From a virus (taxonomy: Duplodnaviria > Heunggongvirae > Uroviricota > Caudoviricetes): DNA of 64,000 bases. Where the stretch lies: IMG/VR virus record IMGVR_UViG_3300008107_010192, positions 11,507 through 75,506 of that record. One strand, 5' to 3'. Shown here in pieces: positions 27,839 through 37,236 of the stretch (positions are counted from its first letter, which is position 1; each line of letters starts with the position of its first letter). Under the pieces are notes generated by a model, which did no database searches, was not told where the DNA came from, and was given only the letters and a program-made list of their open reading frames with translations. Both the position numbers and the translations under genes were made by a program.

Positions 27839-29281
27839 TTATGCTTTGCAATTAATCAGAAGGGTATTGTTGAATACCTCTTTAGTAGAGACTAACTCGT
27901 ACTTCATACTGTTGAATCCCTCACTTTTATAGTTTATACATTTCCTTTGCATTTCGGTTACGAACCTTTTTTCATTTCTTGCTGTTGTTTCCCCCTTTGC
28001 CCACTTATTATTTACTAGCCCTTCGTCAATGTGTGGTAAACACTCGAAAGATCCTTCTCTCCTATAAGGAATTGGCATGTCGCTAACCTCGATGGAATCT
28101 TCAACGATTTCTAAATTATAAGCCTTAGCTTTAATTCCACTCATTACGTCTTCGATTTCTCCATTTTCTATCAAATCAAATTTAAAATGCAGAACTGGCT
28201 TATGTTTTAAATCGTGAAATTTAGTAACATCTCCTGGAATTTTTACTGCCTTATCAAAAATCATTAATTCTGCAATTTCACCTCTAAAAAATAATGGATT
28301 TTCCTCGTCGCCGTTATATCCCACGATAGATTTTTCTTTATCCCTATACTGAAATAAATCATTATTTATTATTGTAGATTTATTTTCTTTGATTCCTTTT
28401 TCGTTAGATCTTGCTAGTTCGTCATTTAGAAAAAAATTAAAGTGACCACTTGAAGAATCATAAGATGTTGTTACCCAGGACCAAACACCATCATCCCTCT
28501 TGATCCAATTATAGATCTGGGATGATGAAAAATCTGAAATCATGCTAGTAACAGCTCTGGAGTTGTTAAAAGATATGCAGTACGGACTATATGATTGCTT
28601 TCGGAAAACCGGAAATTCTATGAATTTTTTGTCATCCGTTCCTATTAGCCAATCTTTATATTTTTCAGGTTGTTGTTCTGCTTTAAATAGAGCACATACC
28701 GTATGATCTGATCCCAGTATTTTGTTTATGGATTTTATCCATGGGATTTCAACATATGAGTTGTTTCCATTAAATCTTGAAAATTTTCTTTTTTTATATT
28801 TTTTATAAATCCTTTTTTCAACATATCCTTCGAAATAACATCGATAAAAAAGGTCGTCATCTTCCATACCCCAATCCCAATAATCATTAGAATATCCGTT
28901 AGTTTTTATAACTTGATCCTTAGTAAATAGAATTACCCCACCGAAGTATTGTTCATAATTTAGTTTGAAATCGTACTTCGAAAGTTTTGTTGCTATATGA
29001 ATTGGATATTTTTCCGGATATGAATAGTCACAATCATCGGAGAATGGCACCATATCAACGTCATGCCATGCAATATAATCACATCCATCATCGAAGGCAA
29101 ACTTGGCTGCTATGTTTTTCATTAGTCCCCTATTAAACAGCTTATTATCCACCTGATGGGCCACATAAAATTTATGATCTATTCCACGATTTTTTAGATA
29201 CTCCCCCAGGTCTTCAGTTAGCTTCTGTAAGTGATCGAATCTATTTCTGTAAGGTATGCAAATTCCCAGTTTATGACTCAT
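27839..29281 (-). CDS. GT7-family (beta-1,4-galactosyltransferase-like) glycosyltransferase with C-terminal LamG-like extension
   Basis: LGICIPYRNRFDHL (PFRxRxxHL), FNRGLMKNIAAKFAF (FNRxxLxNxGF), YIAWHDVDMVPF (HDVDxxP); C-terminal FFRGEIAELMIFDKAV resembles a LamG end. Confidence 0.55.
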   Translation of the reverse strand: MSHKLGICIPYRNRFDHLQKLTEDLGEYLKNRGIDHKFYVAHQVDNKLFNRGLMKNIAAKFAFDDGCDYIAWHDVDMVPFSDDCDYSYPEKYPIHIATKLSKYDFKLNYEQYFGGVILFTKDQVIKTNGYSNDYWDWGMEDDDLFYRCYFEGYVEKRIYKKYKKRKFSRFNGNNSYVEIPWIKSINKILGSDHTVCALFKAEQQPEKYKDWLIGTDDKKFIEFPVFRKQSYSPYCISFNNSRAVTSMISDFSSSQIYNWIKRDDGVWSWVTTSYDSSSGHFNFFLNDELARSNEKGIKENKSTIINNDLFQYRDKEKSIVGYNGDEENPLFFRGEIAELMIFDKAVKIPGDVTKFHDLKHKPVLHFKFDLIENGEIEDVMSGIKAKAYNLEIVEDSIEVSDMPIPYRREGSFECLPHIDEGLVNNKWAKGETTARNEKRFVTEMQRKCINYKSEGFNSMKYELVSTKEVFNNTLLINCKA

Positions 29282-30684
29282 ATTCCTACGTTAATTTCTG
29301 TTATATTTCCCTCTCTTTTTCTTCCGTGATCTGTGTACTTTAGATCCGATAATCCGTCTCCAAATAAAAGATTGCTGTTATTTCTTACCTCGTTATAGAA
29401 TCTTAATTGATTCCATCTAGTTGCTTTATCCTTCCATCTATTTTCGAAGAAACCATTTTGCTCATGTTTCATGGATTTAAAGATAGAATCCCTTCTGATC
29501 GGAAGGTCTATTTTTTTAAACCAAGGACCTTCCATATCAACAATTTCACATTTGAAAATACTAGCATCGTTTCCGTTTCCTGAAAGATCTACTAACTTAT
29601 AATTTTCTATGTGCTCTGCATCATAGTGACAAAGAATGGATCCGGATTTTTTATATTCCGAAAAGTCGTTTGTTGCTGAAACAGATTTAACTTCATTTTC
29701 ACTTAAAATTCCTTCTAAGACTACCAAAGAATCTATGTACCCCTTGAAAAAATTAGGATCTCCATTTCTTTTAGGATTTCCTGCACCGATAAAGAAATAC
29801 TTTTCGTCTGAATAATCCTTTAATTCTCCCTCCCAATTTGTTTTTCCTATATGTTCTCCGTCTTGATAGAAATTTATTTCTCTCAACGATTGATTTAATG
29901 TGATACAAATATTTGTTTGATAATTAGTAGTTATTTCTGTGTTTATGTATGATGCTTTTTCTTCGGAGTTGAATGTAACAAAATTGTATCTCTTGAATGA
30001 ATTATAGGAAATTGCAGTGTCATACCCCGGAATGCTAAAAACCGTATAAACGTCAAGATCCTTCGTTGAATCATAAACCAATTCATCGGGGAAAAAAGAT
30101 GCAAATAATGTTAGATCCTTGTCTATGCAAAAATTATTTTTTGCTCTCACAAAAGAATCCTGTCCGTTAAATTTTAGTGATTTATGGAAATTTCTTGTTT
30201 TTTTGATGTAATAAGGCTCTGTGCCTATGCTCTTGTTTTTGCATCTTAGGAAAAGGTCATCATCTTCAAATCCCCATCCCCAATACTTATTTGAATATCC
30301 GTTTATCTTTTTGAAATCTTTAATCGGAAACATAGTGACCCCGCCGAAGTATTCGTCGAATGGCTTTGATCTTTCCCCCGAGTCCTCGTCCTCTATTAGA
30401 GTTGCAAGATGAACTGGATGATCACAGTAAGAATAATCAACATCCAATGGCAGCAAATCAACATCATGAAAAACCACATAATCACATCTTAAGTTTCTGG
30501 CACACTTAAATCCTATATTTAATAGCATCCCTCGATTAAATTGCTTACCGTCGTCTTGATTTACGATGATAATTTCATGTGGTATTTTTTCCTCGTTTAG
30601 ATATTTTACTATCTCCTTGAGAAAAAAATAAAGATGTTCCCCTCTGTGGCGGAAAGGAACTATGACTCCTAGTTTTTTATCCAT
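29278..30684 (-). CDS. GT7-family (beta-1,4-galactosyltransferase-like) glycosyltransferase with C-terminal extension (paralog)
   Basis: LGVIVPFRHRGEHL, QFNRGMLLNIGFKCA, YVVFHDVDLLPL: textbook beta4GalT motifs. Confidence 0.6.
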   Translation of the reverse strand: MDKKLGVIVPFRHRGEHLYFFLKEIVKYLNEEKIPHEIIIVNQDDGKQFNRGMLLNIGFKCARNLRCDYVVFHDVDLLPLDVDYSYCDHPVHLATLIEDEDSGERSKPFDEYFGGVTMFPIKDFKKINGYSNKYWGWGFEDDDLFLRCKNKSIGTEPYYIKKTRNFHKSLKFNGQDSFVRAKNNFCIDKDLTLFASFFPDELVYDSTKDLDVYTVFSIPGYDTAISYNSFKRYNFVTFNSEEKASYINTEITTNYQTNICITLNQSLREINFYQDGEHIGKTNWEGELKDYSDEKYFFIGAGNPKRNGDPNFFKGYIDSLVVLEGILSENEVKSVSATNDFSEYKKSGSILCHYDAEHIENYKLVDLSGNGNDASIFKCEIVDMEGPWFKKIDLPIRRDSIFKSMKHEQNGFFENRWKDKATRWNQLRFYNEVRNNSNLLFGDGLSDLKYTDHGRKREGNITEINVGI

Positions 30685-30886
30685 CTATTGTAGGGTCCTT
30701 TGGTTTTATCGATTTATGAAATTCCGTCAGATAGTACTGAATCCTGTTGCTCCAATCATCCTTATCAATATCTTCTATCCAAGCTGAAATGTCATCGAGG
30801 GAATCTGAGATTCTTTCGAGTGCTTTTACTTTTCTAAGTTCCAATTCTAAAAATTGATCCTCGTTTGATTTTTTAGCTGTTGCCAT
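30677..30886 (-). CDS. small acidic hypothetical protein
   Basis: 69-aa ORF filling the gap between flanking genes; predicted helical and acidic. Confidence 0.25.
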   Translation of the reverse strand: MATAKKSNEDQFLELELRKVKALERISDSLDDISAWIEDIDKDDWSNRIQYYLTEFHKSIKPKDPTIDG

Positions 30887-30887
30887 A

Positions 30888-31736
30888 TTAGATTGATATT
30901 ATTTTTTTAATTAAAGAGCTCCATTCTTTATAATCTTCAAAATAGACGCATCCATATTCAAACATAAAATCAGAATTACTGAGGTCTATCCTAGATTTAT
31001 TTCTCTTTATAGCATCATACATCACTTTATATTCGTCAGAATATGAATAATCCTGATTAATATCTGCGACATTTTTGATCCTTTCTAAGCATGTTGAATC
31101 CCATTTAAAATGGTGGACCTGGACGGAATATTTTTCTACTGGTGCAATTAGTGGATGGCTCCATCCTTGCCACCTCCAGGTAGTCTGCCCATTTATTTTT
31201 GCATAATGCTGCCCAGAAGTTATTTCAATTCCTCCTTTAACCAAGCAGATTTTGTTAGGGCATGCGTTACTCATGGGGTATCTGAAAAATCCGGCTATGG
31301 GAAACTGGTCAAAGATTGGTACATCTTCAAGTATCTTACAGAACTCCCCGTTGTTTCCTATCCTGTCTAGAAATCCTCCCCTAATTAATTCCCACCCCTG
31401 ACTTTCACAATCACTAACCATATAATTAGGTGACTCAGGATAAACGTGAAATTCGTCTATATCAGCAATCATGTACCAGTTGCTTCTTGATTTTTTTATT
31501 TGTTCATTATATAGATCAGTAACCCTGTTCCAATCAAAGATCCTATCATAAACAGTTTTAACTATTTTTACTTTTTCCTTACCTCGGATAGATCTTCTTA
31601 CCTCTCTCTTTAAATCTGGATGCAGATCAGATTCATAGACCACAAAATTTATTTCATCTACCATGTTATAATAATGATTGATGAAGTGTGGTATTAGAGG
31701 AACCCCATGACCTATTATAGATATTAATTTTATCAA
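30888..31736 (-). CDS. hypothetical protein
   Basis: 282-aa ORF, no confident motif. Confidence 0.3.
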   Translation of the reverse strand: MIKLISIIGHGVPLIPHFINHYYNMVDEINFVVYESDLHPDLKREVRRSIRGKEKVKIVKTVYDRIFDWNRVTDLYNEQIKKSRSNWYMIADIDEFHVYPESPNYMVSDCESQGWELIRGGFLDRIGNNGEFCKILEDVPIFDQFPIAGFFRYPMSNACPNKICLVKGGIEITSGQHYAKINGQTTWRWQGWSHPLIAPVEKYSVQVHHFKWDSTCLERIKNVADINQDYSYSDEYKVMYDAIKRNKSRIDLSNSDFMFEYGCVYFEDYKEWSSLIKKIISI

Positions 31737-32461
31737 ATCTCTTTTCTTTTAAATAGGGTTATTCCTGATGACGAAGGTTTATCTTTTAATGATCCGTAAT
31801 TAAATAGACTGAATTTTTCCCATTCAGAGTCGTCAAAATCTTTTACAAATTGGGATGGACCAGAGAAATCGTGGAAATCTTTTTTCTGATCTTCAGATAC
31901 TATGAAGCTGGAAGAAAATTTAGGATCTGTGTCATGGATTGCTATGATGCCCTGATCGTTCAAAATGTTTTTGTATAACTTAAAATCCTTGTCTACTCCT
32001 TCATATGAATGATCTCCATCTATAAAAAGAAAGTCTATTTTAATATCTTGTAAAACGAAAAAATCATAATATGCTCTTTCTGAAGTTTCTTTAACAAATC
32101 TTGGATGGAATGTTTTTCTGTAAAAACTTTCTTCATCACACATATTAGATTGTCCCCCTACACCATTACACGGATCTACCACATAAGTTGCTCCGATATT
32201 CCCCCAATTATAATCGGGATTTCCCGAGAAAGTTCCTATTGAATGCAGATCTATTCGGGCTTGTGTTAGAATTCGCGGAATATATCCTCCTCCGCTTCCT
32301 ATGCAAACACAATTTTTAAATCTGAAAAATTGCACTAGAGAATAGATCAGAAGTCCATCCCCCATATCCAGATCAGTCGCTCCGTGGGAGTATCTGAACG
32401 GGACAGGATTGTCCAAATCGTTGGTTATTCTTTGTTTTATGTAATCAGTATTCAGAATCAT
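31733..32461 (-). CDS. class I SAM-dependent methyltransferase-like (TylF/MycF-type fold)
   Basis: CVCIGSGGGYIP (glycine-rich motif I-like), FLFIDGDHSYEGVDKD and GIIAIHDTD typical of TylF/cephalosporin-hydroxylase-like methyltransferases. Paralogous motif in 37237 (YIDANHTYEHVKND). Confidence 0.45.
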   Translation of the reverse strand: MILNTDYIKQRITNDLDNPVPFRYSHGATDLDMGDGLLIYSLVQFFRFKNCVCIGSGGGYIPRILTQARIDLHSIGTFSGNPDYNWGNIGATYVVDPCNGVGGQSNMCDEESFYRKTFHPRFVKETSERAYYDFFVLQDIKIDFLFIDGDHSYEGVDKDFKLYKNILNDQGIIAIHDTDPKFSSSFIVSEDQKKDFHDFSGPSQFVKDFDDSEWEKFSLFNYGSLKDKPSSSGITLFKRKEI

Positions 32462-32569
32462 CCTTACATTTTACCCTATTTTCTATGAAAATTTCATGCA
32501 AAGATTGTCTATGAAATAGACAAGGTTGCATTTTATTTAACCGGGGATTATTTTTACATTTACGACATC

Positions 32570-33358
32570 ATGGAAAAGAAGCAAAAAATATTGACTATAG
32601 GGGACATTCACGGGAGGGATTACTGGAAATTCATTACCCATGGTAGTAGTTACGAATTTGAGCAGTGGGTAACCATGGTGAATGCTGGGGCTAATCCCAT
32701 GGACGATTTGTTTAAAGAGGATTATCCTTATTTTTCCGCAGACAAGATAGTTTTTGTTGGTGATTACGTTGACAGTTTCACAATTAGTAATGTTGAGATC
32801 AAGAAAAATCTTGAGGATATCATTTTCTTTAAAAAGACACTACCAAATAAGGTAGTGCTTCTCTGGGGAAATCACGATGTTCAGTATTTTATTCCCAATC
32901 AAATCTGTAGCGGATATCGTCCAGAGGCAAGATGGGATCTACAGATTCTTTTTGAGAGCAATAAAGATCTTTTCCAGATGGCATATCACGAGGGTGATTA
33001 TCTTTGGACTCATGCTGGTTTATTAAAGCCAGTATTAAGTGATCTTTTAAAACATCATCCGGATCTAAAGGAACTTGGTAATGAGGCAGCTATTTTAAAC
33101 GAGGCATTTAAAATGGAACTCCCCCAAATTTTTCAGGTGGACGGTGCCAGTGGGGGATGGAGCATGTACGGGGGACCGCTCTGGGTTAGGCCAAATCAGC
33201 TTCAAGAATATGGAGTAGACCTGCATCAGATAGTAGGACACACCCCGGTTTCAGAATTGAAGAATTTAAAAAATAAAAGAGACTATAACATCTGGCTCAC
33301 AGATTATTTAGAATATAGCTTGGGCGAAGGACTTGATCCCTTAACTTTAGAAATATGA
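32570..33358 (+). CDS. calcineurin-like metallophosphoesterase (Ser/Thr phosphatase / ApaH-like)
   Basis: ILTIGDIHGR (GDxHG), VFVGDYVDS (GDxxDRG-like), LLWGNHD (GNH[DE]), later WTHAG. Confidence 0.7.
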   Translation: MEKKQKILTIGDIHGRDYWKFITHGSSYEFEQWVTMVNAGANPMDDLFKEDYPYFSADKIVFVGDYVDSFTISNVEIKKNLEDIIFFKKTLPNKVVLLWGNHDVQYFIPNQICSGYRPEARWDLQILFESNKDLFQMAYHEGDYLWTHAGLLKPVLSDLLKHHPDLKELGNEAAILNEAFKMELPQIFQVDGASGGWSMYGGPLWVRPNQLQEYGVDLHQIVGHTPVSELKNLKNKRDYNIWLTDYLEYSLGEGLDPLTLEI

Positions 33359-33639
33359 TATCGAAAAAAACGAAAGAAAGGGCAAAACAAATTATGAATG
33401 GAACATATGTACCTCCAGAGCCAGAAAAGATAGCGGTTACTTTTGAGGTCACTGAAAAACAATATAAAAAATACAAAAGGTGGAGAAATGCTAAGAAGAA
33501 AAAAGAAGGGGAGCTTTACGTCGGAGCAATCGGAGGAGCATACACTTTTTGTTTTACTGCAACAGGAATAGGTGAAATAGTAACTGTGAAAGCAGCAGAC
33601 GGAGATGAGTTAGATTTAACAGATTATAATACTTGGTAA
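33355..33639 (+). CDS. small hypothetical protein
   Basis: 94-aa ORF, overlaps the upstream stop (ATGA), lysine-rich. Confidence 0.35.
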   Translation: MISKKTKERAKQIMNGTYVPPEPEKIAVTFEVTEKQYKKYKRWRNAKKKKEGELYVGAIGGAYTFCFTATGIGEIVTVKAADGDELDLTDYNTW

Positions 33640-33640
33640 T

Positions 33641-34246
33641 ATGAAAGTGATATTTTTAGACAATGACGGAGTAATTTGCCTTTCCAATAATTGGGGATCA
33701 CGACACAAGAAGCAAAAAAAATGGGGTGGTAGGAAACTATCTATGACTACTCGTGAAATGCCCCTTGAATATAGATTTGATAATTTTGATAAAAAAGCAA
33801 TTAAAATCTTAAATGAAATTCTAGAACAAACTGGAGCTGAAATTGTAGTGAGCTCCGATTGGAGATTGTATGCGGATTTAGAGGAGTTGGGGAAATACTA
33901 CACATCCCAGGGTATTATCAAAAATCCTATAGGAGTAACTGAAATATTTCACCATAAAAATTGGGTAGAAGAAGGTAGAATACCCCCAGATTTTGATTGG
34001 TACAGAATCGAAGATAGGGAGCAAGAAAGGCACTTCGAAATTCTGGAATGGCTAAAGAAGAATCCGGAGGTTACTCAATGGGTAGCTGTGGATGATTTAC
34101 ACATGGGGATTCACGTCGAAGCAAGTTCTTATGGAGCATTCGATAGAGATTGGGGATTGAAAAATTTTGTATGGACTCCCAGAGCCTGGGAAGGAATTAA
34201 ACAGTCAGGAATCAAAAAAAAGATTTTAAAATTTTTAAACAACTAA
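33641..34246 (+). CDS. HAD-like hydrolase (tentative)
   Basis: MKVIFLDNDGVIC resembles HAD motif I (DxDG[TV]); rest is unassigned. Confidence 0.35.
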   Translation: MKVIFLDNDGVICLSNNWGSRHKKQKKWGGRKLSMTTREMPLEYRFDNFDKKAIKILNEILEQTGAEIVVSSDWRLYADLEELGKYYTSQGIIKNPIGVTEIFHHKNWVEEGRIPPDFDWYRIEDREQERHFEILEWLKKNPEVTQWVAVDDLHMGIHVEASSYGAFDRDWGLKNFVWTPRAWEGIKQSGIKKKILKFLNN

Positions 34247-34249
34247 AAA

Positions 34250-34459
34250 ATGGAATACGTAATCGCAATTGGAATAAGCTTCGGACTTGCTGCTATCATA
34301 GCATTTTTCTGGGTAAGAGGAATTGATAATATGCAGAAGAATTATCCAGACTATAAAGGGGAAGACTTCCTAAATTGGAACGAGAAGGAAATAGACGATG
34401 AATTTAGCAGACAATCCAAACAAAATAACAAAAAACAAAATCATGAAGGAGATCTTTAG
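34250..34459 (+). CDS. small membrane protein
   Basis: One predicted TM helix (IAIGISFGLAAIIAFFWV). Confidence 0.3.
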   Translation: MEYVIAIGISFGLAAIIAFFWVRGIDNMQKNYPDYKGEDFLNWNEKEIDDEFSRQSKQNNKKQNHEGDL

Positions 34460-34790
34460 AAAAGCATTTAGTGTTAAATCATTAGAACCTTTTGTTGTGG
34501 GTATTAGTGTAATTCTATTATTAGAATTTGCAATTTTTCCCGCTCTTACAATTGCCAACACTTTTTTGAATCTATTAGGAGGAGGATTAGGTGTGGGACT
34601 TGTGATATTTCTTTACGAATATGTAAAGAAAAAAATTCATAATGTTATACCTGATGAACTGCCAGAAGGGGAAACTGAATTGGATTATGTCAACCCAGAG
34701 GAACTAAAGCCTAAGAGAAAAAGAAATCCTAAGCAGTTTCCCGAGGTAAAAAGCGAAGGACCTTTTATAAAAACTAGAAAAAATAAATAA
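34443..34790 (+). CDS. small membrane protein
   Basis: Internal Met (MKEIF) of ORF 34398..34790 chosen to limit overlap; two hydrophobic helices and a basic C-terminus. Confidence 0.3.
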   Translation: MKEIFRKAFSVKSLEPFVVGISVILLLEFAIFPALTIANTFLNLLGGGLGVGLVIFLYEYVKKKIHNVIPDELPEGETELDYVNPEELKPKRKRNPKQFPEVKSEGPFIKTRKNK

Positions 34791-34791
34791 T

Positions 34792-35703
34792 ATGGGACTT
34801 TATGATAACGATTATCAGGCTCTAAGACAAAAAGAGCGTGAAGAAGAAAAATTAAAACAACAATTAAAAATTAAAAAAATGATTAAAACAATCGGAGTTG
34901 CAGTTGCAGGATTTTTTCTGCTAGTATTTTTATTCATGTCTTGCGAAAGAATTGATGCTGGACATGTTGGGGTGAAAGTTAATCTTTACGGAGACAATAA
35001 AGGGGTAGATGATGTTGTGGAAGTTACTGGGATGGTTTTTTATAATCCATTAACCCACAACATTTACGAATTTCCTACATACGTCCAGCACAAAGAATAC
35101 GTTGGGGATAATTCATTTATAGTTAACTCTAAAGATGGTTCAGAATTTCACGTGAGCCCGATTATTAACTATTCAGTTAAAAGAGAGATGGTACCAAAGA
35201 TTTTTTCTAAGTATAGAAGAAATCTAGAAAGTATCGAAGAAGGATTTTTGAAGACCGCAGTATTTGATGCCTTTAGATTAGCAACAAACGTATACACTGC
35301 AGATGAGTTAATAGGCAACAGACAGAAATTTGAAGTAGAGGTCAGAAGAATTCTCGAAGATCAACTAAATAAAGAGGGATTCTACATTCAGCAATTTACG
35401 TCAAACCTAGTTTATCCTGAAACATTCAAGAAAGCTATCGAGGCAAAGAACAATGCTGTTCAATCAGCTTTAATGGCAGAAAATAAAGTTAAACAAGCTG
35501 AAGCAGAGGCTAAAATCAAAGTAGCTACTGCGGACGGTAACGCTCAAGCGATGTTAACATCAGCTAAAGCTGAAGCTGAAGCCAATAGACTGAAGCAGCA
35601 AACAATCACCCCGATGTTATTACAATTGGAATGGATTAATAAGTGGGACGGAAAGCTACCAGTATATGGACAAGCACCTATGCTTTATAAACCAGTACAA
35701 TAA
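34792..35703 (+). CDS. SPFH/band-7 (prohibitin-like) domain protein
   Basis: N-terminal TM helix, then central beta/alpha domain and Ala/Glu/Lys-rich coiled region (KQAEAEAKIKVATADGNAQAMLTSAKAEAEANRLKQQ) typical of SPFH proteins. Confidence 0.45.
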   Translation: MGLYDNDYQALRQKEREEEKLKQQLKIKKMIKTIGVAVAGFFLLVFLFMSCERIDAGHVGVKVNLYGDNKGVDDVVEVTGMVFYNPLTHNIYEFPTYVQHKEYVGDNSFIVNSKDGSEFHVSPIINYSVKREMVPKIFSKYRRNLESIEEGFLKTAVFDAFRLATNVYTADELIGNRQKFEVEVRRILEDQLNKEGFYIQQFTSNLVYPETFKKAIEAKNNAVQSALMAENKVKQAEAEAKIKVATADGNAQAMLTSAKAEAEANRLKQQTITPMLLQLEWINKWDGKLPVYGQAPMLYKPVQ

Positions 35704-35717
35704 ACTAAAATAAAAAA

Positions 35718-36788
35718 ATGAGTATCGCCTTAACTTATGATGACATCCAATTAGTTCCTGCTTACTCTGAAGTTGTTTCCAGGAGTACAATCAATCTTAA
35801 CACTTTGGTGACACGAAGATACGGATTAATTAGACCCCTGGTGGCTTCTCCGATGGATACGGTGTGTGAACTTGACATGGCCTATAGAATTTTTCTATTC
35901 GGAGGAGTTGGATGTATCCATCGTTTCATGCCTATTGAAAATCAATCCCGGATGATTGAGATGCTAAGATATAAAATATATGGAGACGGATTTGGTGGTC
36001 CTTTCGAGGATTGGGGAATCATGTATGACGATTGGCATTCTGAGATCAAGCAGATACCTATTATGGCAGCTGTTGGAGCTAATGGCGATTATTTGGATAG
36101 AGCAAAAAGTCTAATAAAGAATGGAGCAAATATCATCCTCATAGACGTAGCTCATGGACATCATAAAAATGTCAAAGATGCAATCGAATCTATAAAATCT
36201 ATTAGTCCCGAAATTGATGTGATAGCAGGAAATATTGCAACACCAGAAGCTGCTCAAGATTTAGAATCGTGGGGAGCGGACGGATTAAGAGTTGGTATTG
36301 GAGGTGGATCCCTTTGTACAACTAGAGTTAAAACTGGATTTGGTATTCCTAACGTAACTTGTATAGAAGAGATATCAAAAATTGCCACAGTTCCTGTTAT
36401 GGCAGATGGAGGTATTCGAACTAGTGGAGATATTGCTAAGGCTTTAGCACTTGGGGCAAGCAGTGTGATGCTAGGATCATTGCTTGCAGGGACAGAAGAA
36501 TCCCCTGGACAGATAGTTGAAAAATCAACGGGTCTATATAAAAGATACAGGGGTGCAGCATCATTAGAAACCAAAACGGTTCACGGACAAGCACAGAGAA
36601 ATGTAGAGGGGGAATCTACAATTATTCCATATAAAGGAGGAGCTAAATTTGTTTTAGAGGGATTACTTGACGGGGTTAAATCTGCTCTTTCATATGCAGG
36701 TGCGGTTTGTTTGAAAACATATCACCCAAAATATGTTCAAATTACCAACGCTGGTATGAACGAAGCAAAGCCGCATCTGATAAATTAA
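35718..36788 (+). CDS. guaC: GMP reductase / IMP dehydrogenase family (CBS-less, GuaC-like)
   Basis: LTYDDIQLVP (TFDDVLLVP-like), GIGGGSLCTTRVKTGFGIP (catalytic Cys loop GIGPGSICTTR), ADGGIRTSGDIAKALALGA (DGGI..GD..KA.A.GA); 356 aa without CBS insert. Confidence 0.7.
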   Translation: MSIALTYDDIQLVPAYSEVVSRSTINLNTLVTRRYGLIRPLVASPMDTVCELDMAYRIFLFGGVGCIHRFMPIENQSRMIEMLRYKIYGDGFGGPFEDWGIMYDDWHSEIKQIPIMAAVGANGDYLDRAKSLIKNGANIILIDVAHGHHKNVKDAIESIKSISPEIDVIAGNIATPEAAQDLESWGADGLRVGIGGGSLCTTRVKTGFGIPNVTCIEEISKIATVPVMADGGIRTSGDIAKALALGASSVMLGSLLAGTEESPGQIVEKSTGLYKRYRGAASLETKTVHGQAQRNVEGESTIIPYKGGAKFVLEGLLDGVKSALSYAGAVCLKTYHPKYVQITNAGMNEAKPHLIN

Positions 36789-36838
36789 TTCGGTTCGCAC
36801 GAAACAAACTTCTTAAAAGATATATAAATTTCATCATT

Positions 36839-37220
36839 GGGGGTGTATTTGGCACTTGACAGACATTGGTAGTTCTTTGAGATGATGCAGGCCGAGTTAG
36901 TATTGGAAACTCGTTAATCACCTATGCAAACAATAAACGACGTAGAATTATCTACAATGACCTTCGAAGACGCTATGTCTTTCGTTGGTGCTGATTACGC
37001 AATAGCTGCCTAATCCCTCCCGCACACATCGTGGGGCTTAAAATAGAATGTGAACCCAGGTGGAATATGACTGAACCCGAAATCGAGTCATCTGAATTTG
37101 GTAGTTTAATCAGCCAACTATAAACTACATATTTTGTTTGTAAAGAAAAACAAGCTAAGCCTGTGAATGAGTTTCTTTTAACAGATGGACTGGACACCGG
37201 TTCGATTCCGGTCACCTCCA
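36839..37220 (+). ncRNA. ssrA: tmRNA (SsrA-like transfer-messenger RNA)
   Basis: 5' GGGGGTG pairs with 3' CACCTCC, giving a 7-bp acceptor with a G3:U70 wobble (Ala identity). T-arm ACCGG-TTCGATT-CCGGT precedes it; discriminator A then CA. Internal reading frame ends ...GADYAIAA-TAA (a YALAA-type degradation tag). About 380 nt. Confidence 0.65.
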
Positions 37221-37236
37221 CAAAAATTAATTTAAT

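Noticed and set aside
36254-36574. ORF 36254..36574 on the minus strand inside guaC
   Set aside because: Fully nested antisense ORF in a well-conserved IMPDH/GuaC-family gene; proline-rich antisense artefact.
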